IMG/VR virus record: IMGVR_UViG_3300036798_000249
Location: 3,165 to 67,164 of that record
From: a virus
Taxonomy: Duplodnaviria > Caudoviricetes
Strand: one strand, 5' to 3'
DNA: 64,000 nt
The notes beneath the pieces were generated by a model. The model was not told the origin of the DNA, ran no database searches, and was given only the letters and a program-made list of their open reading frames with translations. How positions within the stretch are numbered: position 1 is the stretch's first letter; each line of letters opens with the position of its first letter. The translations under genes and the position numbers were made by a program. This document shows positions 16,903-25,389 of the stretch, piece after piece.

Positions 16903-17486
16903 GCTACCAACGCGCGGCACGTCAGGCCTTCGCCCTGCAGCCGCTTCAACAGTTTGACTTGTTGGACCTCGCTGCCGCATTCGATGACCACATGGAATTG
17001 CGGCTGCAGATTGCCGACGTCGCCAGCCTGGTTGCTCGTCGGCAGCAGCCGTTGCAGCTGCGCCTCAGAAAACCCCGTCAGCGAAAGATATTCGCCGCCA
17101 TCCTGCTGCAGCGCGCCCAATTCGAGCGCCAGCAATTCCGAATCCCAAGTCCCGTTTTCCGACAGCTTGTTGTCGGCGAGGACGTAGGCGCGCAGCTTCG
17201 CCGCCGACCATCCGCGCGCGACGATGACCGGCACCTCGGCCATCCCCAGATGCTTCGCCGCCAGCCAGCGACCCTCGCCGGCCTGGATCACGCCGTTCTC
17301 AGCAATGACCAGCGGCATGGTCCAGCCCCAGGCCTTGATCGATTTGGCGATCTGCTCGACCTGGGCTTGCGGGTGTTTCTTGGCGTTGCGTTCATTCGCC
17401 CGCAATTTGGCGATCGGCCAGCGCTCGACCTTCTCGGCGAGAAACTGCACGCCGTCGCCGCTGCCGTTGCCTTTCCTCGCGCTCAT
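16899..17486 (-). CDS. ParB/Srx N-terminal domain protein
   Basis: NAKKHPQAQVEQIAKSIKAWGWTMPL...IQAGEGR..AA; YVLADNKL. Confidence 0.9.
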   Translation of the reverse strand: MSARKGNGSGDGVQFLAEKVERWPIAKLRANERNAKKHPQAQVEQIAKSIKAWGWTMPLVIAENGVIQAGEGRWLAAKHLGMAEVPVIVARGWSAAKLRAYVLADNKLSENGTWDSELLALELGALQQDGGEYLSLTGFSEAQLQRLLPTSNQAGDVGNLQPQFHVVIECGSEVQQVKLLKRLQGEGLTCRALVA

Positions 17487-17887
17487 GCTTTGCCCTTCGG
17501 CCACTGGAGCTTTTCGCGCATCGCCTGACCCATGCGCTCGTGCAGCTTGACCAACAATTCGGCTCGCAGAATGGGACGCGTCGACGTGGGCCGCGTCTGT
17601 TGCGCCACCAGCGTCAGCAGCTCGCCCCTCCTTCGGACACGCCGAACGATGCGGCGTTGCGACTTGCGCGAGCGATTGACCTCGAACCGCGAGTGCGGCC
17701 GCACCAACGTCGCCACTGTCTTGGCGCCACGATTGCGCTTCGTAAACGGCCGATGCCGGTGCATGTCTTCGACTTGCCAATTCGACATTTCCTCGCCGAT
17801 CCCGACCCGGCCGAAATGGTTGATCTTGCGCTGCATGTCGTTAAGCATCGCGACGGGACCGCTCACATCCAAGCTCACAGCGAACAT
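17483..17887 (-). CDS. Hypothetical protein (134 aa)
   Basis: Stop overlaps ParB start (ATGA). Confidence 0.6.
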   Translation of the reverse strand: MFAVSLDVSGPVAMLNDMQRKINHFGRVGIGEEMSNWQVEDMHRHRPFTKRNRGAKTVATLVRPHSRFEVNRSRKSQRRIVRRVRRRGELLTLVAQQTRPTSTRPILRAELLVKLHERMGQAMREKLQWPKGKA

Positions 17888-18123
17888 GATCGACGTCTTT
17901 CCGACCTGAACCCAACTCTAATCTAGCCCGAACCTAGCGTGAACCGCTCCCCTCGCAGGCGCTGGCACCGGTGCGCTTCCCGAGCAAGACGCTAGAGCTG
18001 CAGCGCTCGCCCAAACGCGCGCCAGCGAGCTTCCCAGCGGCTCCTGCCGAATTGTGACCGACGACAAACCCTCAAATCGCGCCCGGTAAAATGAGGGTGC
18101 GTGCGCGCCGCGGCTAAGGGCCA

Positions 18124-18153
18124 TCCAAAATTTTGGAGCCGCCCCCCCCACCC
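18124..18153. other. Candidate cos (packaging) site
   Basis: Perfect palindrome TCCAAAATTTTGGA next to a G-run (minus strand) in non-coding DNA just downstream of the HNH gene. Confidence 0.45.
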
Positions 18154-18215
18154 TGTCGATGTGCAAACCGCAATGTCAGCAGCGCAATGTCTCAGTTGAT
18201 CCCCTGCACAAACTC

Positions 18216-18599
18216 TCAAATCGGGAAATCGGGCTGGCGAGGCGGCGTCCGTTTTGTTTGATCGTTTCCAGCAAGTTTGCCGCCATTGGCGGGATGGCGC
18301 GCATCGAGCGGCCAACCGTCGACGCCGATGTCGGAACTGTAGCCGTGCAGATCGATGCGATGTTTCAGTCGGTTGTGGCAGTCGAAGCACAAGGACTGGA
18401 GCTCGCCAAGCCTGAACGCGTTCCAGTCGCCGCGGTGAGGGGTGACGTGATCGGCGATGGTCGCTGGAGTGACCTTGCCACGGGCGCTGCAGTATCGGCA
18501 CAGCGGTTCGAGCCGCAACTGTGCCCGGCGACAGCGACGCCAGACCTCCAGCTGGTACCACTCTCGCCATGGCCGAAGTCTCGGATTGGGTCCGCTCAT
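18216..18599 (-). CDS. Packaging-associated HNH endonuclease (HK97 gp74-like)
   Basis: EPLCRYC...ATIADHVTPH.G....LQSLCFDCHN. Confidence 0.9.
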   Translation of the reverse strand: MSGPNPRLRPWREWYQLEVWRRCRRAQLRLEPLCRYCSARGKVTPATIADHVTPHRGDWNAFRLGELQSLCFDCHNRLKHRIDLHGYSSDIGVDGWPLDARHPANGGKLAGNDQTKRTPPRQPDFPI

Positions 18600-18632
18600 G
18601 GGGTTTTCTCAATACGAAACTGGGGAAAAGTA

Positions 18633-18813
18633 CCGAGCAGGCACCAGGGCGGTGCTGCTCGGCTCTGTTTTCCAGGTGGAGACCTCGAATCTCACCTGAA
18701 AAGGGGCCGTAAAAAAACGGCGTCCCGCCGTTGGAAATGCCCTGTTTTCAGGGTATTTCCTTGCAAAACCAAGTTCTTATGGTGATTCTACATCGTGCAT
18801 CGCCTTCCTCCAA
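18633..18813 (-). promoter_or_regulatory. Late promoter, structured leader and intrinsic terminator
   Basis: TTGGAG-N17-TAGAAT (18813-18785); hairpin 18734-18759; terminator AACGGCG-GGA-CGCCGTT-TTTTT (18732-18711); further hairpins 18673-18698 and 18633-18662. Confidence 0.65.
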
Positions 18814-18845
18814 AACAGATACAGCCATGTACTGCTATGGACACT

Positions 18846-19313
18846 TCACGCCACAAATTCGAGGTCGTTGGGTGCGACGTAGACCCGGACCAGGCGGCCA
18901 AGGACGTCGAGCAGGACGCGTTCGCGGTCCTTGCCGGATGCTCCGTCGTAGAACCCCGGATGGTCCGCAAACATGCCACGAGTGATCCGAATTCTCGCAC
19001 CACGGCGATGAACCTTCTTCGGTAGACGGATCAAGCCGCGGCGATCTTCACGCCCGCGGATTTCATCCAGGACGTTGTCGCGTAGCACCGCTGGACATTC
19101 GCCGGCGAGCAGGACGCGCAGAATTCCGATCGTGTTGTTGATCGTGTGCCAATGTCTTTCGATGCGAACAAAAATATATCCTGGGAACAGCGGCTCGATC
19201 AGCTTTCGCCGCTTGATGCAAGGCAAGTAATTTTCGAACCCAGAGCGCGCGAGATATCTTGCAGCGGTGCGCTCGCGCTGGGATTCGGTCTGGGCGACGA
19301 TCCAATAGCTCAT
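18846..19313 (-). CDS. NusG/RfaH-family antiterminator
   Basis: YWIVAQT...E, PLFPGYIFV, NTIGILRVL, KOW-like GARIRITRGMF, RVLLDVLGR. Confidence 0.9.
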   Translation of the reverse strand: MSYWIVAQTESQRERTAARYLARSGFENYLPCIKRRKLIEPLFPGYIFVRIERHWHTINNTIGILRVLLAGECPAVLRDNVLDEIRGREDRRGLIRLPKKVHRRGARIRITRGMFADHPGFYDGASGKDRERVLLDVLGRLVRVYVAPNDLEFVA

Positions 19314-19576
19314 TTTTTTGTTTGCTCGCGTTGCTTCATCGACCATTCCATTTCGATCATCCACAGATCAGCCATCGCCTTGTCGAATTCCTCTTGATCG
19401 TGCGGCCTTGCCAGATTGCCACCGTCGAGCAGACGCCCGAACAGCTCAAACAATCGCTTCTCCGCTTCGGCGTAACCGGGAATGTTTTCGATTTTGTATT
19501 CATGCTCGATGTAAATTCCTTCGATCTCCTCTTCTGTGAGCGCTTCGGTTTCCTTGGCGTCTGTTTGTTCTCTCAT
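19310..19576 (-). CDS. Hypothetical acidic protein
   Basis: ATGA overlaps on both sides. Confidence 0.55.
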   Translation of the reverse strand: MREQTDAKETEALTEEEIEGIYIEHEYKIENIPGYAEAEKRLFELFGRLLDGGNLARPHDQEEFDKAMADLWMIEMEWSMKQREQTKK

Positions 19577-19776
19577 GGCGGCGACTTCTCCCGAAACTTT
19601 GCGAAATTCATTCTGACTGTTTGTTTGTTCAGGACGCGGTTGACGTCGTGGGCGGCGCGCACGATCGAGGTTCCGCAGGCGGCGGCGATGGCTTCGAGAT
19701 CGGCGCCTGCGTTCCAGAGCGCGAGGATGACGGCGTCGTGGCCAGCGAGCATTTTGGTCTCCGGTTGGAATTTCAT
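19573..19776 (-). CDS. Small HTH-like protein
   Basis: ILALWNAGADLEAIAAACG; ATGA overlaps. Confidence 0.55.
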   Translation of the reverse strand: MKFQPETKMLAGHDAVILALWNAGADLEAIAAACGTSIVRAAHDVNRVLNKQTVRMNFAKFREKSPP

Positions 19777-20183
19777 AGCACGGCCCGTGGTCGCGGTTCG
19801 AAGTCTCCACACCAATCCGATCCGGCGGTCATGGGCCACGTCTGAACTTTGTGATCTTCGCCGGCTTGGCAGCGTTGATATTCGAAGTCTTCGGAGCGGG
19901 TGATGTTAGCGATGACTTCGATTGCCCAGCGGATATGTTCAAGATTCTCGCCGATGATCGAGAGGGCGTCGTCGGTTGCCCGGGGCGAGCGGCGATGGCA
20001 GTGGCCTTCACGGTCGTCGGGCTCATCCTCACTTGGGCCATAGGGCACTTCCCAGAATCGGCAGTTGTCGCATCGTTGAGATGGACCGAGTGGGCGGGCG
20101 GCTTCCCGGGCTTCTTTGAAAAGCTCGAATTTGTCCTTGGGCTCGGCGACGGTCGTGGGCTCCGGATCGGTTACCTTTACCAT
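19773..20183 (-). CDS. Cys-rich phage protein
   Basis: CDNCRFW...GHCHRRSP...WPMTAGSDWCGDF. Confidence 0.65.
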   Translation of the reverse strand: MVKVTDPEPTTVAEPKDKFELFKEAREAARPLGPSQRCDNCRFWEVPYGPSEDEPDDREGHCHRRSPRATDDALSIIGENLEHIRWAIEVIANITRSEDFEYQRCQAGEDHKVQTWPMTAGSDWCGDFEPRPRAVL

Positions 20184-20250
20184 CGGCTCGATTTCTCCTG
20201 CAACCTGCAACCCGGTTGCGCCAGAGCGGCCGGATGCGTCTGCCGCTCCG

Positions 20251-20400
20251 CTTCGGGGAAGAGGCGGGACCGACCCGTGCGCCAGCAGGGAGGGGCGGTG
20301 GCGCTGCTTGTGCGCCACGCCTCTTCCCCGAAGGGGAGCATGCGTGGTGGCGCACTTCGGCTTGCGCCACTCGCGCGCCACGGTCTTGCGAGAGTGGCGC
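20251..20400. repeat. Inverted-repeat cluster, candidate replication origin
   Basis: 16-bp perfect inverted repeat (20251-66 / 20318-33) and six GTGGCGC/GCGCCAC heptamers. Confidence 0.55.
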
Positions 20401-20402
20401 AG

Positions 20403-22616
20403 TCATTTCGAGGCACCGGAATCGGACAACTCATAGTCGAACTCGTTCTGTTGATCGGGTTGTATTTCGGCCTGGGCCTTGACGTTTTTGGGCGCCTGCG
20501 GGTCGCATTCCGAGATGACCCGCATGCGGGCTTTGCGCTGGCGGCCGGAGCGGTATCGGACCTGCTCCAGGCGGTGATCCTGCCGCCATCCTTCGATCAA
20601 TTTGTCGGCCGCGGCCTGGCTCTCGATCTCGAAAAATTCGCGGGCAAAGTCGCCGATGAAGCGCTCGCTGTCGCGCGCGAATGTATAAAACTCGCCGGTC
20701 TCTTTGCCGTTCTGATCGAGCACGCCTTTGTCGACGCGAAGAAAGAATGCGTGAATTTGCGCTTCCAGGACGGTGGGCCCGACCGGCGCCCATTCGATCA
20801 GAACACCGACGTCATCACCGGGCAGCTCGTCGGTCTTGTTGTCGAGCGTGATGGTTTGCTTGCGAAACCATCGTGCGAATGGGCTTTTGATATTGAGGTT
20901 TGCCTTGGCGTCATCGTAGCGAAGATAAAATCCGTGCTCGTTCTCTTTGACGCCCATCGCTTCGGCCTCGCGAGCGGTCATCGGGAACAGCGTCGAGACA
21001 ATGCGGGCGATGCCGATCAGCGCGCCGGCGCCACGTGCGGCGTCGACGTCGCCGGCCATGCCGGTGGCATATTTCTTGGTGTGATGCACGAGGCAGAGCG
21101 CGGTGTTGGTGCGGCGGGCGACTTCACGCCAGAGCATGCCGGCCCATTTCAATTCGCTGTTGCTGTTCTCGTCGCCTTCGAAGGTTTCGGCGAATGGGTC
21201 GACAAAGACGATGTCGATCTGATTTTCCGTGATGATCTTGATGATTTCCTCGAGCCGCGGCGTTCGTGTGAGCGTCTTCGTCTTGGCGTCGAATTTGGCG
21301 ACCACGGCGCTGCCATTGGTGCTATCGAGAACCGCGACGTTGTTGCGGATGGCGATCTGGTCGACCTGCATGACGCGCGCGGCAGCAGCGAGGCGGCGGC
21401 GAATTTCGTCGACGTCGTCTTCGGAATTGATGACCAGGACGCGGAAGGCTTTGCGCGGGCGCCAGCCGGACCAGGGCTTGCCTTGGGCGCAGGCGATACT
21501 GAGCTGCAGCGTCAGCAGGCTTTTGCCGGAACCAGACGGCGCCACCAGTACGGTTATTTGTTTGCGCATGAGCATTCCAGGGATGGCCCAATCGCGCACC
21601 GGCAGCGACGGCTCGTCGATGGGGAATGGATGGACGATGGTGATAACGTCAGCCGCCGGCTGCTGACCAGGCCATCGCAGTGTCATGTCTTGCGACCAGT
21701 CCGGCGCGTCCTCGACCAGCGCATAGAGGACGTCAGCGGTGCCGCCGGCCGCGATCCAATCGGCAATATCGCCCTTCGGCTTGATGTTGGGCCAGACGAC
21801 CCCGAGATCGAGCACGCGCACACGCTGCGCCACCACAGAAAGCGATTTGGCGACCGCCAGGGCGTGATCCTGGCCCGGCAGGATCGGCCGCCCATCGGGA
21901 TGGAACATCGGCTCCTTGGTCTTCGGGTGGGTCTTTTGCGGGTCGTAGTCGGGCAGGATTACGATGTCGGCGCCATCGAAGACCTGGTCGAGCTCCGGTC
22001 GCCACTTGCCGGCGCCGCCCGCATTAGTGGTCGCCGGCAGGCCGAGCCGCCAGAGCGCGTCGCAAGCCTTCTCGCCTTCGGCGATAAAGATGGTGCGCTC
22101 GTTGGCGATCGCCTCGATCAGCTCGGGCAGTCGATAAGGCGCGGGCCGAATGCCGGCCACCGACCATACCCAGCCATCATGAATTTTGCTTGGATCATCG
22201 CCAGAGCGTGGTCGTCGCCGCTGGCGGAAATCCTTGGGATCGAAGCGCACGACCTCGAACAGGAATTCGCCGGCCTCGTCGACATAGGAATAAGTCGCGT
22301 CCAGGCGGCCGAGCTTGCCGGCGCCGCGATTATGCCCGTTCGGCTTCGGCTCTTCCTGATAGTTGGTATTTTGCGTCAGCCATTCGAAACGCTCGGCCTC
22401 GTGCAGGCCGGTCTGCCGCTCGATCAGATCGAGAGTGCCGCCGCCCTCGTTGGCTTCATGATCAAACCAGGTGCCCTTGCGCAGATCGACCGACATCGAT
22501 CCGTGATGACCGTAGCGCAGCTCCAGCTTGGATGATAACGCGCGGTTAGGCTCGCCGAGCAGAATGCGGGCGACCGGCTCCATCAACGTCGCAAGCTGTG
22601 ACTGCGCTTCTATCAA
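20403..22616 (-). CDS. TOPRIM primase-RepA/AAA_25 (SF4) helicase fusion
   Basis: IFIAEGEKACDAL, ILPDYD (TOPRIM); APSGSGKS, FVDPF, LVHHTKK, RGAGAL. Confidence 0.9.
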   Translation of the reverse strand: MIEAQSQLATLMEPVARILLGEPNRALSSKLELRYGHHGSMSVDLRKGTWFDHEANEGGGTLDLIERQTGLHEAERFEWLTQNTNYQEEPKPNGHNRGAGKLGRLDATYSYVDEAGEFLFEVVRFDPKDFRQRRRPRSGDDPSKIHDGWVWSVAGIRPAPYRLPELIEAIANERTIFIAEGEKACDALWRLGLPATTNAGGAGKWRPELDQVFDGADIVILPDYDPQKTHPKTKEPMFHPDGRPILPGQDHALAVAKSLSVVAQRVRVLDLGVVWPNIKPKGDIADWIAAGGTADVLYALVEDAPDWSQDMTLRWPGQQPAADVITIVHPFPIDEPSLPVRDWAIPGMLMRKQITVLVAPSGSGKSLLTLQLSIACAQGKPWSGWRPRKAFRVLVINSEDDVDEIRRRLAAAARVMQVDQIAIRNNVAVLDSTNGSAVVAKFDAKTKTLTRTPRLEEIIKIITENQIDIVFVDPFAETFEGDENSNSELKWAGMLWREVARRTNTALCLVHHTKKYATGMAGDVDAARGAGALIGIARIVSTLFPMTAREAEAMGVKENEHGFYLRYDDAKANLNIKSPFARWFRKQTITLDNKTDELPGDDVGVLIEWAPVGPTVLEAQIHAFFLRVDKGVLDQNGKETGEFYTFARDSERFIGDFAREFFEIESQAAADKLIEGWRQDHRLEQVRYRSGRQRKARMRVISECDPQAPKNVKAQAEIQPDQQNEFDYELSDSGASK

Positions 22617-22636
22617 CGCGTCTCGCCTTCTTGTTG

Positions 22637-22779
22637 GGTGAGGGCCGGTACCTCGCGGCAGCTTCGGTCACTGGCACCGGCCCTCTGCTTCCCGCCGTGC
22701 TGCCCCGGGGAGTAACCCCGGGCGGTGGGCATGCAACTTGGTGAGGGCCGATGCCGACGCCTGACAGCACCGGCCCTCT
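22637..22779 (-). repeat. Twin hairpins with a shared stem
   Basis: AGAGGGCCGGTGC...CGGCCCTCACC at 22779-22740 and 22686-22637. Confidence 0.6.
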
Positions 22780-22822
22780 TTGCTGGCTGCGAGGTTATGA
22801 GCCTGTTGCCAGCAAACTCGTT

Positions 22823-22916
22823 TGGCTCTCCCGCGAGGATTCGAACCTCGACTCCCCGACGGATGGGAACAGCGTGGGGCAGCACGCCGCGCGTCTACCA
22901 ATTTCGCCACGGGAGA
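22823..22916 (-). tRNA. tRNA-like RNA (type II body, non-canonical anticodon arm, encoded CCA)
   Basis: TCTCCCG TG GCG-AAATTGGTAGA-CGC G CGGCGTG-CTGCCC-CACGCTG TTCCCATCCGTCGGGGAGT CGAGG-TTCGAAT-CCTCG CGGGAGA G CCA. Confidence 0.8.
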
Positions 22917-22921
22917 ATTCA

Positions 22922-23977
22922 TCAAGCAGCATCGTGATGGACCTCATAGTCGTGAGTGACGAAGCCTACACTGGCATCGCCGCGTTGATGCTCATGTATC
23001 CAAAGTGACTTGTTGCCTTTCGGCAACCGCCAATCGTCGCGCCAATGTCCGCGCACCAAATGCGCCCGGCGGCGGATGATACCGATAACCTGCCGCGCGA
23101 TTTTGCGCAGTCCAGCTTGTTCAGGAATGTTGATCGTCAGCACTTTGTAATCAAGGAATCGGCGATAGCTTCCGCGCGCAACGAACCCTCGCGCTGGCAC
23201 GACCTGATGCTCACCGATGATCGGAATCTTGTTGAAAGTAGATAGAAACGCCCACATCATTCGCGCGCGATCCTGTAACGGCTTCGCCCATTCCAGCGAA
23301 GCATCTGCATGGAGCGCGCGCATGCCGACGTTGGGACGGTGATAGCCACGAACTCCGGTCACGAATGCGGACGCAGAGCGCAGCAAATTATCCTCGTCGG
23401 TGAATTGCAAACTCGGCCATGGCAATGGTGTGTCATCGGTGCACCACGTAACCGCAATCGGATAACGATGAATGACTGTCTTGCCATCCGCTTGCATGCC
23501 TATGAAATATTGCACCGAGACGGCAGTCTCGATCTGAGGATGTTGTTCCAGCAACCAACCGATTTTTGTATTCGCATATTTGACAAGGCGCTCGTCTACC
23601 TCATCGATACTGCGGTAACCATGTTCGGCGGTGGCCTCAATTTCCTTTGCGACCATCGCGGCAAGACGGTACTCGATCCATGTAACAGGATGCGGCAGCC
23701 GCGAGAAATATCGGCAATCATCCAGGCGCCCCCACAACCGATTATGCCACCGTTTTTTTTCGCTCTCGCTATCCCATTGTTCTTTGAACTTCAGAGGGCC
23801 GATGAAAAGCTCCACCATCATTGCGTACAGAAAGGCGGCCATGTCGTCCGCCAACACGCAGCGGCGAGCACGTACAAGGGATTTGCGCAATTCCGGATAG
23901 AGCGGATCAGCTTTCTTCTTGAACGTCTCGCGAAAGAGTAGATCGATCAAAAGTTCTGGTTGAGGCGTCTTCGTCAT
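22922..23977 (-). CDS. Hypothetical protein with C-terminal His/Arg motif
   Basis: RAHLVRGHWR...HEHQRGD; start overlaps RuvC-like stop. Confidence 0.7.
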   Translation of the reverse strand: MTKTPQPELLIDLLFRETFKKKADPLYPELRKSLVRARRCVLADDMAAFLYAMMVELFIGPLKFKEQWDSESEKKRWHNRLWGRLDDCRYFSRLPHPVTWIEYRLAAMVAKEIEATAEHGYRSIDEVDERLVKYANTKIGWLLEQHPQIETAVSVQYFIGMQADGKTVIHRYPIAVTWCTDDTPLPWPSLQFTDEDNLLRSASAFVTGVRGYHRPNVGMRALHADASLEWAKPLQDRARMMWAFLSTFNKIPIIGEHQVVPARGFVARGSYRRFLDYKVLTINIPEQAGLRKIARQVIGIIRRRAHLVRGHWRDDWRLPKGNKSLWIHEHQRGDASVGFVTHDYEVHHDAA

Positions 23978-24552
23978 AGCGCGATCGCCTTGTTGAACAG
24001 AGGCGTCAGCCGCAGCGCGAGCGCCGGATCGATCAGCGCGCAGGCGTAGCTCCAGACCGCCAGCGCGTCGGCGGCATTGTCGTCCTTGCAGTCCCAACCC
24101 AGGCAGGCGCAGCGGCGCATGGTCTGGCGCTTGGCGTGCTCGCGCTTGGCGCCGCGATGGCCGATGAAATGCGATCGGACGTCGCCGACGCTGCAGCTCT
24201 CGATCTTGCCGATGCCGCGCAGCTGCGCCACCGCGCGGATGACGCCGTGCAGACCGGCCAGCCGATCGCGCACGGCCCTTGAGGTGTGGTTCTTCATCGC
24301 GTCGGCCGGCAGCATGGCCTCGATCATCACGATGTCAGGTCGCGGCTGCGGCGCCAGGAATTGCGAGGCCCAATCGAGCGCCGCGGCGAAGATGACGTTC
24401 TCGTCGCTGGAGCTGTTGCCAAACCGCACCGAGCCGGCGATCGGCGTCTCGCCCAGGCGGCCAAGCGCATAGCCGCAGCGGGTCGCCACGTCGAGCGCGA
24501 GTATCAGCGGGCGCTTGCGCTCAACCTCGCGCATGCGATCGGCGTCCGTCAT
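23974..24552 (-). CDS. RuvC-like Holliday junction resolvase
   Basis: ILALDVATRCGYA, MIEAM, DDNAADALAVW. Confidence 0.8.
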   Translation of the reverse strand: MTDADRMREVERKRPLILALDVATRCGYALGRLGETPIAGSVRFGNSSSDENVIFAAALDWASQFLAPQPRPDIVMIEAMLPADAMKNHTSRAVRDRLAGLHGVIRAVAQLRGIGKIESCSVGDVRSHFIGHRGAKREHAKRQTMRRCACLGWDCKDDNAADALAVWSYACALIDPALALRLTPLFNKAIAL

Positions 24553-24863
24553 TCTTGGACTCCTAAAGCGCGCCTGCGCGGCAGCGCCAGACCGGCTTCG
24601 ATTTCCGCGATGTCGCGCGCAGCCTCCAGGCAAGCCATGATTGCCATGATGCGACGCTCCTCATCCACGTCGCGCGCATTAGCATGATCCTGAAACAGGA
24701 AGCCCATCAGCACCAACAAATCATCCGACACACGGGCGGCGATAGCTTCACGACTCTCCGGGCAGCTGCAGCAGTACCGGAAATCAAAAACAAAGTGGTT
24801 GCCTTGGCATTCGCGGCAACGATCACGATATTCGCCATGTTTGCAGTAGGTCGCCATCGTCAA
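24549..24863 (-). CDS. Hypothetical Cys-containing protein
   Basis: Coupled overlap with RuvC-like start. Confidence 0.5.
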   Translation of the reverse strand: MTMATYCKHGEYRDRCRECQGNHFVFDFRYCCSCPESREAIAARVSDDLLVLMGFLFQDHANARDVDEERRIMAIMACLEAARDIAEIEAGLALPRRRALGVQE

Positions 24864-24925
24864 TCGTCCTTGCGGGTCATCGCTTTAGTCCATGCAAGGA
24901 CGGATCGATCTGGTGCGCTTCCAGA

Positions 24926-25138
24926 TCAGCGAGCATGATGCGATAGGGCAGCATCTCTTTTATGGACCTCATCAAAGCGCTCCCTCGTGATGGCCCCTTC
25001 TTGCAACAACTCGCGCCCGATCACGTCGCAGTTGCGGATGTAGTCCCGCAGCGCATCAATCAACTTGACGTAGACTTCTGGATAGTCGGGAGGCTGCTCG
25101 TCGAGCCAGCGCTCAATGTTAGGCCAGCCATCGGTCAT
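24926..25138 (-). CDS. Hypothetical protein (70 aa)
   Basis: Packed operon gene, ATGA overlap. Confidence 0.55.
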   Translation of the reverse strand: MTDGWPNIERWLDEQPPDYPEVYVKLIDALRDYIRNCDVIGRELLQEGAITRERFDEVHKRDAALSHHAR

Positions 25139-25389
25139 GACGACACCTCATCGAGGGCTTGAGCTACATTTCGCAACCTGCGCAATTTCATTTTCGCTGC
25201 ATCAGCCGCAAGCCGCGCATCGACCGCCCCGAGCGCGTGCGCGTACTCCACGCCGCACGTAAACGCTAAGGCCAGCCGTCGATGCTGCCTCGCAACTTCG
25301 ATAAGCTCCTCGCCATGCGCCAGCGTTCCAAGCGCTTCCTGAATTCCGCGCAAAATGTGATTCACATATGGTCCGTTCTGCATGCTCAT
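25135..25389 (-). CDS. Hypothetical protein (84 aa)
   Basis: ATGA overlaps on both sides. Confidence 0.55.
   Translation of the reverse strand: MSMQNGPYVNHILRGIQEALGTLAHGEELIEVARQHRRLALAFTCGVEYAHALGAVDARLAADAAKMKLRRLRNVAQALDEVSS

Noticed and set aside
19851-22535. 894-aa plus-strand ORF
   Set aside because: Antisense to primase-helicase; such shadows are expected in high-GC coding DNA
22823-22916. Calling the RNA a normal tRNA-Gly(GCC) or tRNA-Leu
   Set aside because: 6-nt loop, no purine after the putative anticodon, and a type II body are incompatible with canonical assignment
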